A stretch of DNA of 64,000 nucleotides from a virus: positions 10,245 to 74,244 of IMG/VR virus record IMGVR_UViG_3300007072_000007. One strand, written 5' to 3'. A program made the translations under genes and the position numbers. This document shows positions 19,435 to 28,000 of this stretch, one piece after another. How positions within the stretch are numbered: the stretch's first letter is position 1; every line of letters starts with the position of its first letter. The notes beneath the pieces were generated by a model. That model had not been told where the DNA came from, made no database searches, and saw nothing but the letters and a program-made list of their open reading frames with translations.

Positions 19435-19908
19435 ATGGCGTGGGTCGCAACCATCATCGGGTCGGTTGTCCGGTCAGTTCTCGCGTGGTTCGGCGAGTAC
19501 CTACGGCTGTGGTACACCGAGCAGAAGTCGCGGGAGAACGAATGGGCGGCGGAGACCCGCAAAGCGATGCTGGAGTCGTTCAAGACTTCGCTCAAGGTAG
19601 AGCAAGCCATCTCCAAAGCGGGCGCAACGCATCCCCGTAGTCCTGCGGAGTGGAACGTCGGGCGGTCGGTTCTGGTCCTGGCGGTCGTCTGGTGGGCCGG
19701 TGCAGGATGCTTCACTCGGTACGTTTACGTCGAGTCCCGCTACCCCATCATCGAGATTCCCCAGCGGCCTGCGGTCCCGACGCAGCCCGTCGCGTGGACG
19801 GCGAGAGAGGAAATCCTTGTCGGTTACGCCGCCTCGCTGGAGGCCGCCATCGACCGTTACAACGAGGCGGCGAAAGAGCACAACCGCAAGCACGGGTACG
19901 GCCAATGA
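19435..19908 (+). CDS. Putative spanin-like protein with internal lipobox-like motif
   Basis: N-terminal amphipathic/TM helix, helical segment, second hydrophobic segment ending AGAGC, then Pro-rich TRYVYVE..P..P.RP. Confidence 0.5.
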   Translation: MAWVATIIGSVVRSVLAWFGEYLRLWYTEQKSRENEWAAETRKAMLESFKTSLKVEQAISKAGATHPRSPAEWNVGRSVLVLAVVWWAGAGCFTRYVYVESRYPIIEIPQRPAVPTQPVAWTAREEILVGYAASLEAAIDRYNEAAKEHNRKHGYGQ

Positions 19909-20375
19909 CCATATCGGAAGCCCTCAATCTGCTTCGAGCGCTGGAAAGCCCCATCTTGAAGAACGTCGTCGCCGGTGCGCCGTTTCACTACGCGGTGGCA
20001 CGGAACAGGCGTCTGTTGGGGGACGTGAGGGATGCGGTTCGGAAGGCGGTCGAGAACGACGTGAGACTGGCGGAGCCATACGACCGCAAGCGGATGGCCC
20101 TGGCCGCCCAGTGCGCCGTGCTGCGAAGCGGAGAGCCTGCCGTCGATGCGTCCGGCAGGTTGATCATCGGAAACACCGCCGCCTACGCCGAAGGTTTGGC
20201 GAAACTGCGGGCGGAGATGCCGGAGGCGGCCCAGGCGTCGGACCGTGTGGAGGCGGCGCTGGCGGACATGGGGGGCGACGATGCGGGCGTATCGCTGGTG
20301 ACGGTATGCACCGAGGACGTGCCCGACCTGCCGGGGGCGGTATTCGACGCCCTCCTCCCGATGATCTCCGGCTAG
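19905..20375 (+). CDS. Hypothetical protein
   Basis: ATGA-coupled ORF, helical composition. Confidence 0.65.
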   Translation: MTISEALNLLRALESPILKNVVAGAPFHYAVARNRRLLGDVRDAVRKAVENDVRLAEPYDRKRMALAAQCAVLRSGEPAVDASGRLIIGNTAAYAEGLAKLRAEMPEAAQASDRVEAALADMGGDDAGVSLVTVCTEDVPDLPGAVFDALLPMISG

Positions 20376-20380
20376 TATGC

Positions 20381-20409
20381 TTGACAACGCATAAATACGA
20401 TGCTATGCT
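20381..20409 (+). promoter_or_regulatory. Sigma70-type promoter, probably leaderless
   Basis: TTGACA-17-TATGCT with TGn extension; ATG 6 nt after the -10 box. Confidence 0.8.
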
Positions 20410-20415
20410 GCCGGT

Positions 20416-20796
20416 ATGGCGGCATATGCTCGCATAGACCTCGCGGAGATGGACGAGTTCCTGGGCCAGTTCGCGCCCGCTGGGTTTGTTTTCGTGCGGG
20501 TTACGCCGCCGGGCTGTAACGAGGTAGTGTACGACTGCCCCTTCCCGTTCGATTCCACCGCAAAGATTCGCATTTATACGAGCATCGACCCGACTACGGG
20601 TGTCGGGCGAGGTGTCGGGGCCGACGCGATCCGTGTGACGGTCCTGCACACGCGGGACGACCGGCCGCTGCTCCAGAGGCAGCAGCGCGTCCACCGCGTC
20701 GCCGGATGGCGCGCGAACCTGCGGGCGCGCCTGCGGTCGATCACGGTTGCACGGCTGGAGCGCGTCCGTGCGTGGCGCGGAAATCCGGTCGCATAA
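20416..20796 (+). CDS. Hypothetical phage protein
   Basis: IRIYTSI..VGADAIRV..RVHRVAGWRANLR; has its own promoter. Confidence 0.75.
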   Translation: MAAYARIDLAEMDEFLGQFAPAGFVFVRVTPPGCNEVVYDCPFPFDSTAKIRIYTSIDPTTGVGRGVGADAIRVTVLHTRDDRPLLQRQQRVHRVAGWRANLRARLRSITVARLERVRAWRGNPVA

Positions 20797-20839
20797 CCTA
20801 TGGCGGCGTAACGATTTACGTTGACACTAGATTTTGTCG

Positions 20840-20867
20840 TTGACAACGTGAAAAGCGGCGATATACT
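20840..20867 (+). promoter_or_regulatory. Sigma70-type promoter
   Basis: TTGACA-16-TATACT in an AT-rich intergenic region. Confidence 0.7.
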
Positions 20868-20907
20868 GTCTGGTGTTGTGGTTCGGTAGTCTTTACAGGA
20901 GGTCAGT

Positions 20908-20976
20908 ATGGTCAGGTTTTCCGATGCCGCGAAGGCGGCGGTGAGGGTTGCGACTCACGCCGAGTTGGGATCGTGA
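20908..20976 (+). CDS. 22-aa small ORF MVRFSDAAKAAVRVATHAELGS
   Basis: SD AGGAGGT upstream; flanked by promoter and terminator. Confidence 0.5.
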   Translation: MVRFSDAAKAAVRVATHAELGS

Positions 20977-20985
20977 TACCATACG

Positions 20986-21020
20986 GCGGGCGGCGCGCAA
21001 GCGCCGCCCGCTTTTCTTTT
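20986..21020 (+). terminator. Intrinsic terminator
   Basis: GCGGGCGGCGC-GCAA-GCGCCGCCCGC then TTTTCTTTT. Confidence 0.85.
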
Positions 21021-21094
21021 CATAGTACGACTACGCGGGATACGGTGGTCGGGCGTGTCGCTCGACCGGGCACCCGAAGCAACGGAGGTACATC

Positions 21095-23569
21095 ATGCGG
21101 TTCACGCTAGAGAACGCGCGTAGCGCGCTTCAGCGGCATTGGGGGCACGCCGACTTTCGGCGGAGTCAGGTTCCCGTCATCGAGGCCGTCGCGGCAGGGA
21201 GCGACGTGCTCGCCGTCCTCCCGACCGGCGAGGGCAAGTCGGCCTGTTTTCAGATTCCGGCTCTACTCGACACCGAGCGCACCGCGCTGGTGGTCTCTCC
21301 GCTTATCGCGCTGATGAAGGATCAGTGCGATGATGCGGAACGACGCGGCATCGCCGCGTCGTTCGTCAACTCGCACATCGACGAGGCAGAAGCCGACGCT
21401 CGCCTGCGGCGTCTGGCCGACGGGGAGTTCCGGCTGTTCTACGTCTCGCCGGAGACCCTGAAGACCCGCCGGTTCCGCGCCGCGCTCCAGCAAACCCGCG
21501 TCAGTTACTTGGTCGTTGACGAGGCGCATTGTCATCCGGCGGGAACCCGGATTAGCACACCGACGGGGGATGTACCCATCGAAACCATCCAAGCCGGAGA
21601 CGCGGTGTACGCCTACGACGGTCAGCGTGTTGTTGTGCGTCGCGTCACGGAGACGCAGGTAAAGTTCGTGGGTTGTCGCCGCCTGTTGCGGCTGGTGGCC
21701 CCATCGGGTAGCGTATTGCTCACGGACGACCATCCGGTGTTCGTGATCGGCAAAGGATATGTCGCAGCGGGTCAGGTCAACACGGGCGACGAAGTGCTGC
21801 TTCTGCGGTCGGGTATTTCCCGACAGGCATTGGGAGCGGACGGGGGCGAGGGGGAGGCGTGTTCACTGACGTTCGCACAGCGGAGCGCGTCGGTCGCTGG
21901 ACCTGAGGCGGGATGCGCGGTTGTCCGCTGCCGGGTGGACCGTGTTGAGGTTGTCGAACGACCTGATTACGACGAAACCGGACCGCGCGCGTGGGATGAT
22001 CGAGTCGTGTTTGCGCTCACGGTCGCTGGCGAGCACAACTACTTCGCCGAAGGAATCCTGACGCATAACTGTGCGTCACGCTGGGGGCACGACTTCCGGC
22101 CCGCCTACCTCCAGATTGCCGACTGTCTGCGGTACATCTCGCAAGTCTGCCCGGAGTGCGACGGCGACGCCGCAACCGTGGACGCCGAGGGCAACACCGT
22201 CGCCACCTGCGCCGCCTGTGGGGGGCGCGGCGGCACCCGACCGCAGATCATCGCCGTAACCGCAACGGCCACCGGCGACATCGAAGCGGACATCATGCGG
22301 TCGCTGGGCGTCACGGGCGATTACACGCGCATCGTCGCCGACCCGATCCGCCCCAACCTCGATTATCGAGTTGTGTTCGCCGACAACGACTTGGAGACCT
22401 TCAAGCGCGTCGTCGGCCAGTGGGACATCGTGAACGGTCGGCACATCGTCTATGTCGGCACACGGAAGATGGCCGAACTACTCACGAAGATCATCGCCGA
22501 GCAGATCGGGTTCCGCACGTTGGGACCGGAGGCGAAGGCGTTGTCGTGGCAGGACCGTTGCCGTGCCGCGTATGCGGCCGGAGCCGAGCGCGTCGCGTTC
22601 TACCATGCGGGCATGAAGCGCGACGATTCGGTGGAGCGCGACGAGGACGGGCGCACGCGGAAGGTGCTGGGGCGTGTGACCGTGCAGGAAAACTTCAAGT
22701 CGGGTCGCACGCCGGTCGTGGTGGCGACCTGCGCGTTCGGCATGGGCATCGACGTGCCGAACATCCGTAACGTCCTCCATTTCGGCGTGCCGGGCTGTCT
22801 GGAGGATTACGCGCAGGAAGCCGGGCGTGCCGGTCGGGATGGACAGCCCAGTGCGGTAACGATCATCTACTCCGAAAAGAGCGTATCGCTTCGGAAGTGG
22901 TTCATCGACCAGTCCAATCCGCGCCGGGAACTGTATGACCTTGTGTGGTCGTACCTGCTGGACCAGACCAAGCGGGTGCGTGTTCTGCGCAAGTCGGCGG
23001 CGTCCATCGCCTACGAGTTATGTGCGGAGCACGGCCCCAACACCATCACCGACGCGCAGGTACACTCCATCCTGTCCGCGTTGGAACTGCGCCGGGTCAT
23101 CCGCCGCGCTCCCGCCGCCAGCGGCAGCGAGATCAAAGTCAACGTGGCGAAACTGCGGGCGGCGGCGAGCAACCCCGAACTGAACCGGACCGAGCGGGAG
23201 GTTGCCGACTACCTGCTGAATACCGTGGTTGAGCCGACGTTGGGCGGCACGGACCTGAAGACCCTGGACGTGGTTCTGGACCGCGAGGACATCGCCAACG
23301 CCGTGTCGCGGTCGGAAGCCACCGTCAAGCGTGCCCTGGACACGCTGGAGGAGGACTATGGCGCGATCACGGTGTCGCCCACGTTCAACGGCAAGTCCAC
23401 CGAACTGCTGTCGCGCCCCGACGTGCTGGACGACGTGCTTCCGTGGGATGAGATCGAAGCCAAGCGCGCCCGCGAAATCGCGCGGTTGGAGCGCATGCTG
23501 TCGTATTGCCGGTCCAGCGACAAGCGGCAGGCCATCCGAGACTACTTCCTGAAGGGTCCGGTCAGGTGA
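21095..23569 (+). CDS. recQ: RecQ-family helicase containing an intein
   Basis: LPTGEGKSACFQIPAL, VSPLIALMKDQ, VVDEAH/C..WGHDFRPAY, FGMGID and YAQEAGRAGRDG. Confidence 0.92.
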   Translation: MRFTLENARSALQRHWGHADFRRSQVPVIEAVAAGSDVLAVLPTGEGKSACFQIPALLDTERTALVVSPLIALMKDQCDDAERRGIAASFVNSHIDEAEADARLRRLADGEFRLFYVSPETLKTRRFRAALQQTRVSYLVVDEAHCHPAGTRISTPTGDVPIETIQAGDAVYAYDGQRVVVRRVTETQVKFVGCRRLLRLVAPSGSVLLTDDHPVFVIGKGYVAAGQVNTGDEVLLLRSGISRQALGADGGEGEACSLTFAQRSASVAGPEAGCAVVRCRVDRVEVVERPDYDETGPRAWDDRVVFALTVAGEHNYFAEGILTHNCASRWGHDFRPAYLQIADCLRYISQVCPECDGDAATVDAEGNTVATCAACGGRGGTRPQIIAVTATATGDIEADIMRSLGVTGDYTRIVADPIRPNLDYRVVFADNDLETFKRVVGQWDIVNGRHIVYVGTRKMAELLTKIIAEQIGFRTLGPEAKALSWQDRCRAAYAAGAERVAFYHAGMKRDDSVERDEDGRTRKVLGRVTVQENFKSGRTPVVVATCAFGMGIDVPNIRNVLHFGVPGCLEDYAQEAGRAGRDGQPSAVTIIYSEKSVSLRKWFIDQSNPRRELYDLVWSYLLDQTKRVRVLRKSAASIAYELCAEHGPNTITDAQVHSILSALELRRVIRRAPAASGSEIKVNVAKLRAAASNPELNRTEREVADYLLNTVVEPTLGGTDLKTLDVVLDREDIANAVSRSEATVKRALDTLEEDYGAITVSPTFNGKSTELLSRPDVLDDVLPWDEIEAKRAREIARLERMLSYCRSSDKRQAIRDYFLKGPVR
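21530..22069 (+). mobile_element. Mini-intein (180 aa, no homing endonuclease)
   Basis: Begins CHPAGTRI right after DEAH; block B LTDDHPV; ends HNYFAEGILTHN followed by extein Cys. Confidence 0.92.
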
Positions 23570-23585
23570 TTTACGCTGCGTAAAT
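23569..23585. repeat. 17-bp palindrome ATTTACGCTGCGTAAAT overlapping recQ stop
   Basis: Read directly. Confidence 0.97.
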
Positions 23586-23588
23586 ACC

Positions 23589-24038
23589 GTGAGCAAACCA
23601 CGGCTTCGATATCCCGCCCCGCTCAAGCCGAAGTTGCGGCAACGGCTCGCGCAGGTCGCCAGTCCACCGTCGGGGTGGACTGGCGACCCCGCGCTGTACG
23701 GGTGCGTCCTGTTCTACTCCGTGAGCGTGTATGATCGCCTCGACCGGATGACGTTCGACGAAGCAAAGGCCGCCGCCGACGCCGCCGGAGAAGCCAGTGC
23801 GCACGCGCCCCTGTGGATGCGCAACGCGAAGGGTCAGTTCGGCCAGTACGACATCCCCGGATTCGGGAGCCGGAGCGGGCCTTATTGCATCGCCCTGCTG
23901 GCGGCGTTCCTGGTCTGGACGCAGCGGCAACTACAGGACTTCCCGCTCCCGACCAGCCCCTTGCTATCGGCGGCGCAGGACGGTCTGACGCTCTGGTGGG
24001 CCAGCCATCCCGACCGCAAGCCGTCGTGGGTTTCCTGA
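23589..24038 (+). CDS. Hypothetical protein
   Basis: GTG-start ORF filling the gap between recQ and the methyltransferase. Confidence 0.55.
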   Translation: MSKPRLRYPAPLKPKLRQRLAQVASPPSGWTGDPALYGCVLFYSVSVYDRLDRMTFDEAKAAADAAGEASAHAPLWMRNAKGQFGQYDIPGFGSRSGPYCIALLAAFLVWTQRQLQDFPLPTSPLLSAAQDGLTLWWASHPDRKPSWVS

Positions 24039-24073
24039 CACCGCTGGGTACAATCCCGCGAGAGGGATGAGCG

Positions 24074-24745
24074 ATGAGCCGATACGACTTTGTGCCGACG
24101 GTCCAGATGGACCCGTCCATCGCCGACCGGCTGTTTCGTTACGCTTTCGGGTACACCGATGACGGCCACTTCGTCGAAGTCGGGGCCTACGACGGGATAA
24201 CCTACTCGTTCACGAGGCGGCTGGCCGAGTCCGGCTGGAACGGGCTTCTGATTGAGCCGGAACCGTCAAACTATGCCGCCTGCGCCGCTCTCTATTCGCC
24301 GGACACGACCGAGTATCGGTTTGGCCAGCGGGTCATCGTCGAGAACGTGGCTTGTTCCGACGCCGAGCGGATGCTGACCCTCTACTCCGCTGGTGCATTG
24401 TCCACGACGTGTCCCGCACAAGTGCCGGTTCTCCAGCCGAATGTCAATGTTCGCGCGGTAGCACTCGAAACCCTGCTGGGCGCGTATCGGTGGCCGGAGC
24501 GGTATCAACTGCTCGTGGTGGATACGGAAGGGTCTGAACTGGACGTGTTGCGAGGAGCGGGGCTGTCGCGGTACGTCCCGCAACTCATCATCGTTGAACT
24601 ACACGAACTGATGGACTTCCCCCATTCGGACGAGGCCGAACAGGAGCGGGCCAAAGCCGTCGCAGTCCACGACCTGCTTTCGAGAGCGGGCTACAAGCCA
24701 GCCTATCGGGACGCCATCAACACCGCGTTTGTTCTGGCAAGGTGA
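24074..24745 (+). CDS. FkbM-family SAM methyltransferase
   Basis: FVEVGAYDG, GWNGLLIEP, LLVVDTEGSELDVLRG and LIIVE motifs. Confidence 0.88.
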   Translation: MSRYDFVPTVQMDPSIADRLFRYAFGYTDDGHFVEVGAYDGITYSFTRRLAESGWNGLLIEPEPSNYAACAALYSPDTTEYRFGQRVIVENVACSDAERMLTLYSAGALSTTCPAQVPVLQPNVNVRAVALETLLGAYRWPERYQLLVVDTEGSELDVLRGAGLSRYVPQLIIVELHELMDFPHSDEAEQERAKAVAVHDLLSRAGYKPAYRDAINTAFVLAR

Positions 24746-24748
24746 GGC

Positions 24749-25102
24749 ATGTCTGAGCGCGAGAGGATGCCGACGGATAGATACGGGATAACCCGCAAGG
24801 GAGCCGCCTGCGGGTTCGAGTATTACGTTACGGTGAACGCCTACCCCGACGGACGCCCAGGCGAGGTGTTCGTCAAGGTCGCCAAGAGCGGGACAGAACT
24901 TTCGGGGTGGGTCAATGCGTGGGCGACGACCCTATCTATCGCGCTCCAGTACGGCGTTCCGTGGTCGATCCTACGGGACAAGTATATGGGCCAACGCTTC
25001 GGGATGGGCGATGCCATCAATCCGTCTCTCCTGCACGGCATATCTCGGTCGGTTGACGAGATTGTGGCGGAGTTTTCTCGAAAACAACGAGATTTTCGTT
25101 GA
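24749..25102 (+). CDS. Stand-alone NrdJ C-terminal (TSCPD-like) domain protein
   Basis: YVTVNAYPDGRPGEVFVKVAKSG..SIALQYGVP motif of the class II RNR C-terminal domain. Confidence 0.8.
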   Translation: MSERERMPTDRYGITRKGAACGFEYYVTVNAYPDGRPGEVFVKVAKSGTELSGWVNAWATTLSIALQYGVPWSILRDKYMGQRFGMGDAINPSLLHGISRSVDEIVAEFSRKQRDFR

Positions 25103-25156
25103 CTTTTCCGAACCGCCGTGTAACATCTTGACAAAGGTGATAACTGTTGCTATCGC
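25099..25156 (+). promoter_or_regulatory. Tandem sigma70-like promoter candidates
   Basis: TTGACT-16-TAACAT (25099-25126) and TTGACA-17-TATCGC (25128-25156). Confidence 0.5.
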
Positions 25157-25270
25157 GCGTGCGCGCACGCGCGCCTTGGCCCCCTATGTGACTACAGATT
25201 AGAGTTTGGAGAACTAGGTACTTAGGCAACCCCTTTGGGACAGCGCGTAAATCGAACCGCTGCCGGAACA

Positions 25271-26848
25271 ATGCGTCGAGCCGTCATCAGCATCCGAGGC
25301 GCGTGGGCCTTCCTGCAGGGAGGCGAGGCGGTCATGGAGCGCGCCCTGGCTCTGGACGACCCGAAGCGGTTCTTCAACTCCGCCTACCGTGAGCGCAGGT
25401 GGGACGGGAAGATTCGCCTGAACATCGGGCGGAAGTTTCCTGCCGGATTGACCGATTACATTTCGAGCGAACTGAGGAAAGCGGGCTACGCGGTTTCGGT
25501 ACTCACGGAAGCGCGCAGCGCGCCCTTGGACTTGAGCCGTTTCGACAGGAAGTATCTCGCGGGCATCACGCTTTGGGACCATCAGTACGAGGCCGTCCTG
25601 GCAATGCTCACGCACGAAAGGGGCGTCGTGAAAAGCGCGACGGGAAGCGGCAAGACGGCGATTGCCGCAGCCGTATCGCGCTATCTGTGGGAGGAGTGTG
25701 GCTTGAAATCGCTGGTCATCACCAGCCGTCGGGGTCTTGCGAGACAGACCGCGAGGGTGTTTCGCCAATACTACGGGGACGACATCGAGGTCGGGCAGTT
25801 CGGGGACGGCGAAAAGACGGCGGGGACTGTTACGGTCGCCACCGCGCAATCGCTGGCGGCGTACTGGCCGAAGCGCATTTACAGCGCGAGAAATCGCCGG
25901 TATTCCCTCCGGCCCTGCGACCCGGCGGTTCGGCGGCTGGTTCGGGAAGCGGGCGTTCTCATCTACGACGAGTGCCATCATGCCGGTTCCTCAACGAGTT
26001 GGTTCGATGTCGGCATGGTCTGCCCTGCGGTTCGTCGGTATGGGATGTCCGGTACGCCGATCAAGGATGATGAGGTGGCGGACCTTCGGCTCATTGGTGC
26101 GACAGGTCCGGTCATCTACGACGCATCGGCCTCCGACATGATTTCGGTCGGGTTGGCGAGGCGTCCTCGCATCGTGGTGATCGCGTCGGCCAGCGCTAGC
26201 GGTCCTTCCCTGCCGTCTGTCGAGACGGTGCTGGACGAGGACGGGGATTCGGTTTCCGTTCCCATGCCCTACGCGACGGCGTACCGTCGCGGCGTCGTCG
26301 AGAGCGAGCATCACAACCGGACGGTTACGGCGGCTGTTCGCTGGCTGGTCGAGCGGGACCGGAGAGTGCTTGTTCCTTGCCGTAGGATGGACCATCTGGA
26401 ACGCCTGCATCGCGCGTTTTCCGATGCGGGCATCGCGCACGCCAAACTGTCGGGGCGGACGGATACCCGGCTGCGGGACATGGCGAAGGCTGCGTTTACG
26501 GACCAGACGTTCAACGTCATCCTCGCTACCGTTATTTTCGACGAAGGCGAGGACGTGCCTGCCATCGACGCCATCGTGCTGGCCGAGGGAGTCAAGTCGG
26601 TCGTCCCGACCATCCAGCGAATCGGGCGCGGGATGCGGGTCCAGAGGGACGGCCCGACCGACCTGTGGGTGGTGGACATCGCGCCTACGTCCAGCCCGGT
26701 GCTTTGGAGTCATGCCGTCCAGCGGGTTGAGGCGTATGAGCGGGAGGGGTATGACGTGACGCTGCTGACCGAGTGGCCTGCGAGCGTGGACCCGGCGAAT
26801 CCCCCCGATAACCTTCTGCCATTCGAGGAGTTGGTCCGTGCGGATTGA
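25271..26848 (+). CDS. SF2 DExH helicase (UvsW-like)
   Basis: RWDGKIRL, SATGSGKT, DECHH, GMSGTP, FDEGEDVP and QRIGRGMR. Confidence 0.9.
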   Translation: MRRAVISIRGAWAFLQGGEAVMERALALDDPKRFFNSAYRERRWDGKIRLNIGRKFPAGLTDYISSELRKAGYAVSVLTEARSAPLDLSRFDRKYLAGITLWDHQYEAVLAMLTHERGVVKSATGSGKTAIAAAVSRYLWEECGLKSLVITSRRGLARQTARVFRQYYGDDIEVGQFGDGEKTAGTVTVATAQSLAAYWPKRIYSARNRRYSLRPCDPAVRRLVREAGVLIYDECHHAGSSTSWFDVGMVCPAVRRYGMSGTPIKDDEVADLRLIGATGPVIYDASASDMISVGLARRPRIVVIASASASGPSLPSVETVLDEDGDSVSVPMPYATAYRRGVVESEHHNRTVTAAVRWLVERDRRVLVPCRRMDHLERLHRAFSDAGIAHAKLSGRTDTRLRDMAKAAFTDQTFNVILATVIFDEGEDVPAIDAIVLAEGVKSVVPTIQRIGRGMRVQRDGPTDLWVVDIAPTSSPVLWSHAVQRVEAYEREGYDVTLLTEWPASVDPANPPDNLLPFEELVRAD

Positions 26849-27740
26849 TCGAACACCTGCACCTGCGCGCCGTCCGCTGTGCTACGGGCGGAGTTACGGA
26901 CGCGAGGGCCTCTGCGCCTCCTGTCCGTTCGCTTCGGAGTGCCGCCGCGTCTGCGCCCAGTGGTCTGGCGTGTTGTCGCTGGCGGAAGCGTCCCAGCGCG
27001 CCCTGGATGCCTTCCGCAGTTCGCTCGCGGACCGGAAGCCGGACGGGACGCTTTATGAGCGGGTCTATGCGGACGTGTACGGCCGCAGGCCGAACCCGAA
27101 GTCGAAGTGTGCCTACGACTACGCGATGTTCCAGGTCGTTGAACTGTGCGGACGGAAGGGAATCGACCCCGCTGTTTATGTTCGCGCTCAGATGGAATCC
27201 CTGCGTGATGCCGTGCAGCGAATCAAGGTTCGCGGCAGGAGTCTGGGCTTCCAGCCGAACATGCTGTTCGGATTACGGGCCATGTACCGCTACGAGGCTT
27301 TCCGCTCCGCTGCGGAGAAGCGGTACGGGGCGAAGTTCGCGTCGGCTTTCTCCGAGCGCGGAAAACTCGAAACGATGCTGGTCGAGTTGACCGAAGCGGA
27401 GACGGAGTACGGGGAATCGTTGTTGTCAGGCGCGCGCTTTTCCGGTCCGCCGTTGTGGTCTGCGCTGCGTCTGGAAGGGGCGAGTCCAGAGGGCCGAAGG
27501 ATTCGGCGCGACTACGGTTCCGACGTGGTGGACAGGATGATTCGCGCCGCTTTCATGGCTGCCGCCTGTGCCGTCGCCAACCGCCGTCGTGCCGGTTTGG
27601 CGAATCGCATCGGCATCACGACGCCCGACGACGTGGAGTGGGACGACATCATTGCCGCCGTTCGGCGGTACGCCCCCGATTGTCCGCGCGATTTACGCAG
27701 CGTAAATGTGGTCGGCGAGTGGCTTCCCGGTCAGGCTTGA
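26838..27740 (+). CDS. Hypothetical replication-region protein with N-terminal Cys motif
   Basis: CYG..CASCPFASEC; lies between the two helicases. Confidence 0.7.
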   Translation: MRIDRTPAPARRPLCYGRSYGREGLCASCPFASECRRVCAQWSGVLSLAEASQRALDAFRSSLADRKPDGTLYERVYADVYGRRPNPKSKCAYDYAMFQVVELCGRKGIDPAVYVRAQMESLRDAVQRIKVRGRSLGFQPNMLFGLRAMYRYEAFRSAAEKRYGAKFASAFSERGKLETMLVELTEAETEYGESLLSGARFSGPPLWSALRLEGASPEGRRIRRDYGSDVVDRMIRAAFMAAACAVANRRRAGLANRIGITTPDDVEWDDIIAAVRRYAPDCPRDLRSVNVVGEWLPGQA

Positions 27741-27833
27741 TTTACGCAGCGTAAATAGGGCCGCGCGTATCTCCTGTCGGCTTGATTTACGCAGCGTAAA
27801 TAGGGCCGCGCGTGGCTTCCCGGTCAGGCTTGA
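27691..27833. repeat. Three 17-bp palindromes (27691, 27740, 27785) within interlocked direct repeats
   Basis: 35-bp direct repeat 27734-27768 = 27779-27813; 22-bp direct repeat 27719-27740 = 27812-27833. Confidence 0.95.
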
Positions 27834-27877
27834 CTTCTGTTGCGTTTGTGCTACTGTATCGGCGTTGCGGTGAACGG

Positions 27878-27979
27878 GTGGCTTCCGTCGAGTGCCGGGT
27901 GCTTGGCGTCGTAAGGCGTCAACCCTCCTGCCGCAAACCAGCGGGTACACCACAACCCCCGGCACTCGACGGAAGCCAC
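27878..27979. repeat. Perfect 22-bp inverted repeat with 58-nt loop
   Basis: GTGGCTTCCGTCGAGTGCCGGG (27878-27899) and its reverse complement (27958-27979). Confidence 0.95.
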
Positions 27980-28000
27980 TCGTCCTACATGGAGGTTGTG

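Noticed and set aside
27691-27833. Three palindromic repeats with 28-32 nt gaps as a CRISPR mini-array
   Set aside because: The repeat is only 17-18 bp, the gaps share sequence with each other and with flanks, the first copy is in a CDS, the motif is dispersed genome-wide and no cas gene is present.
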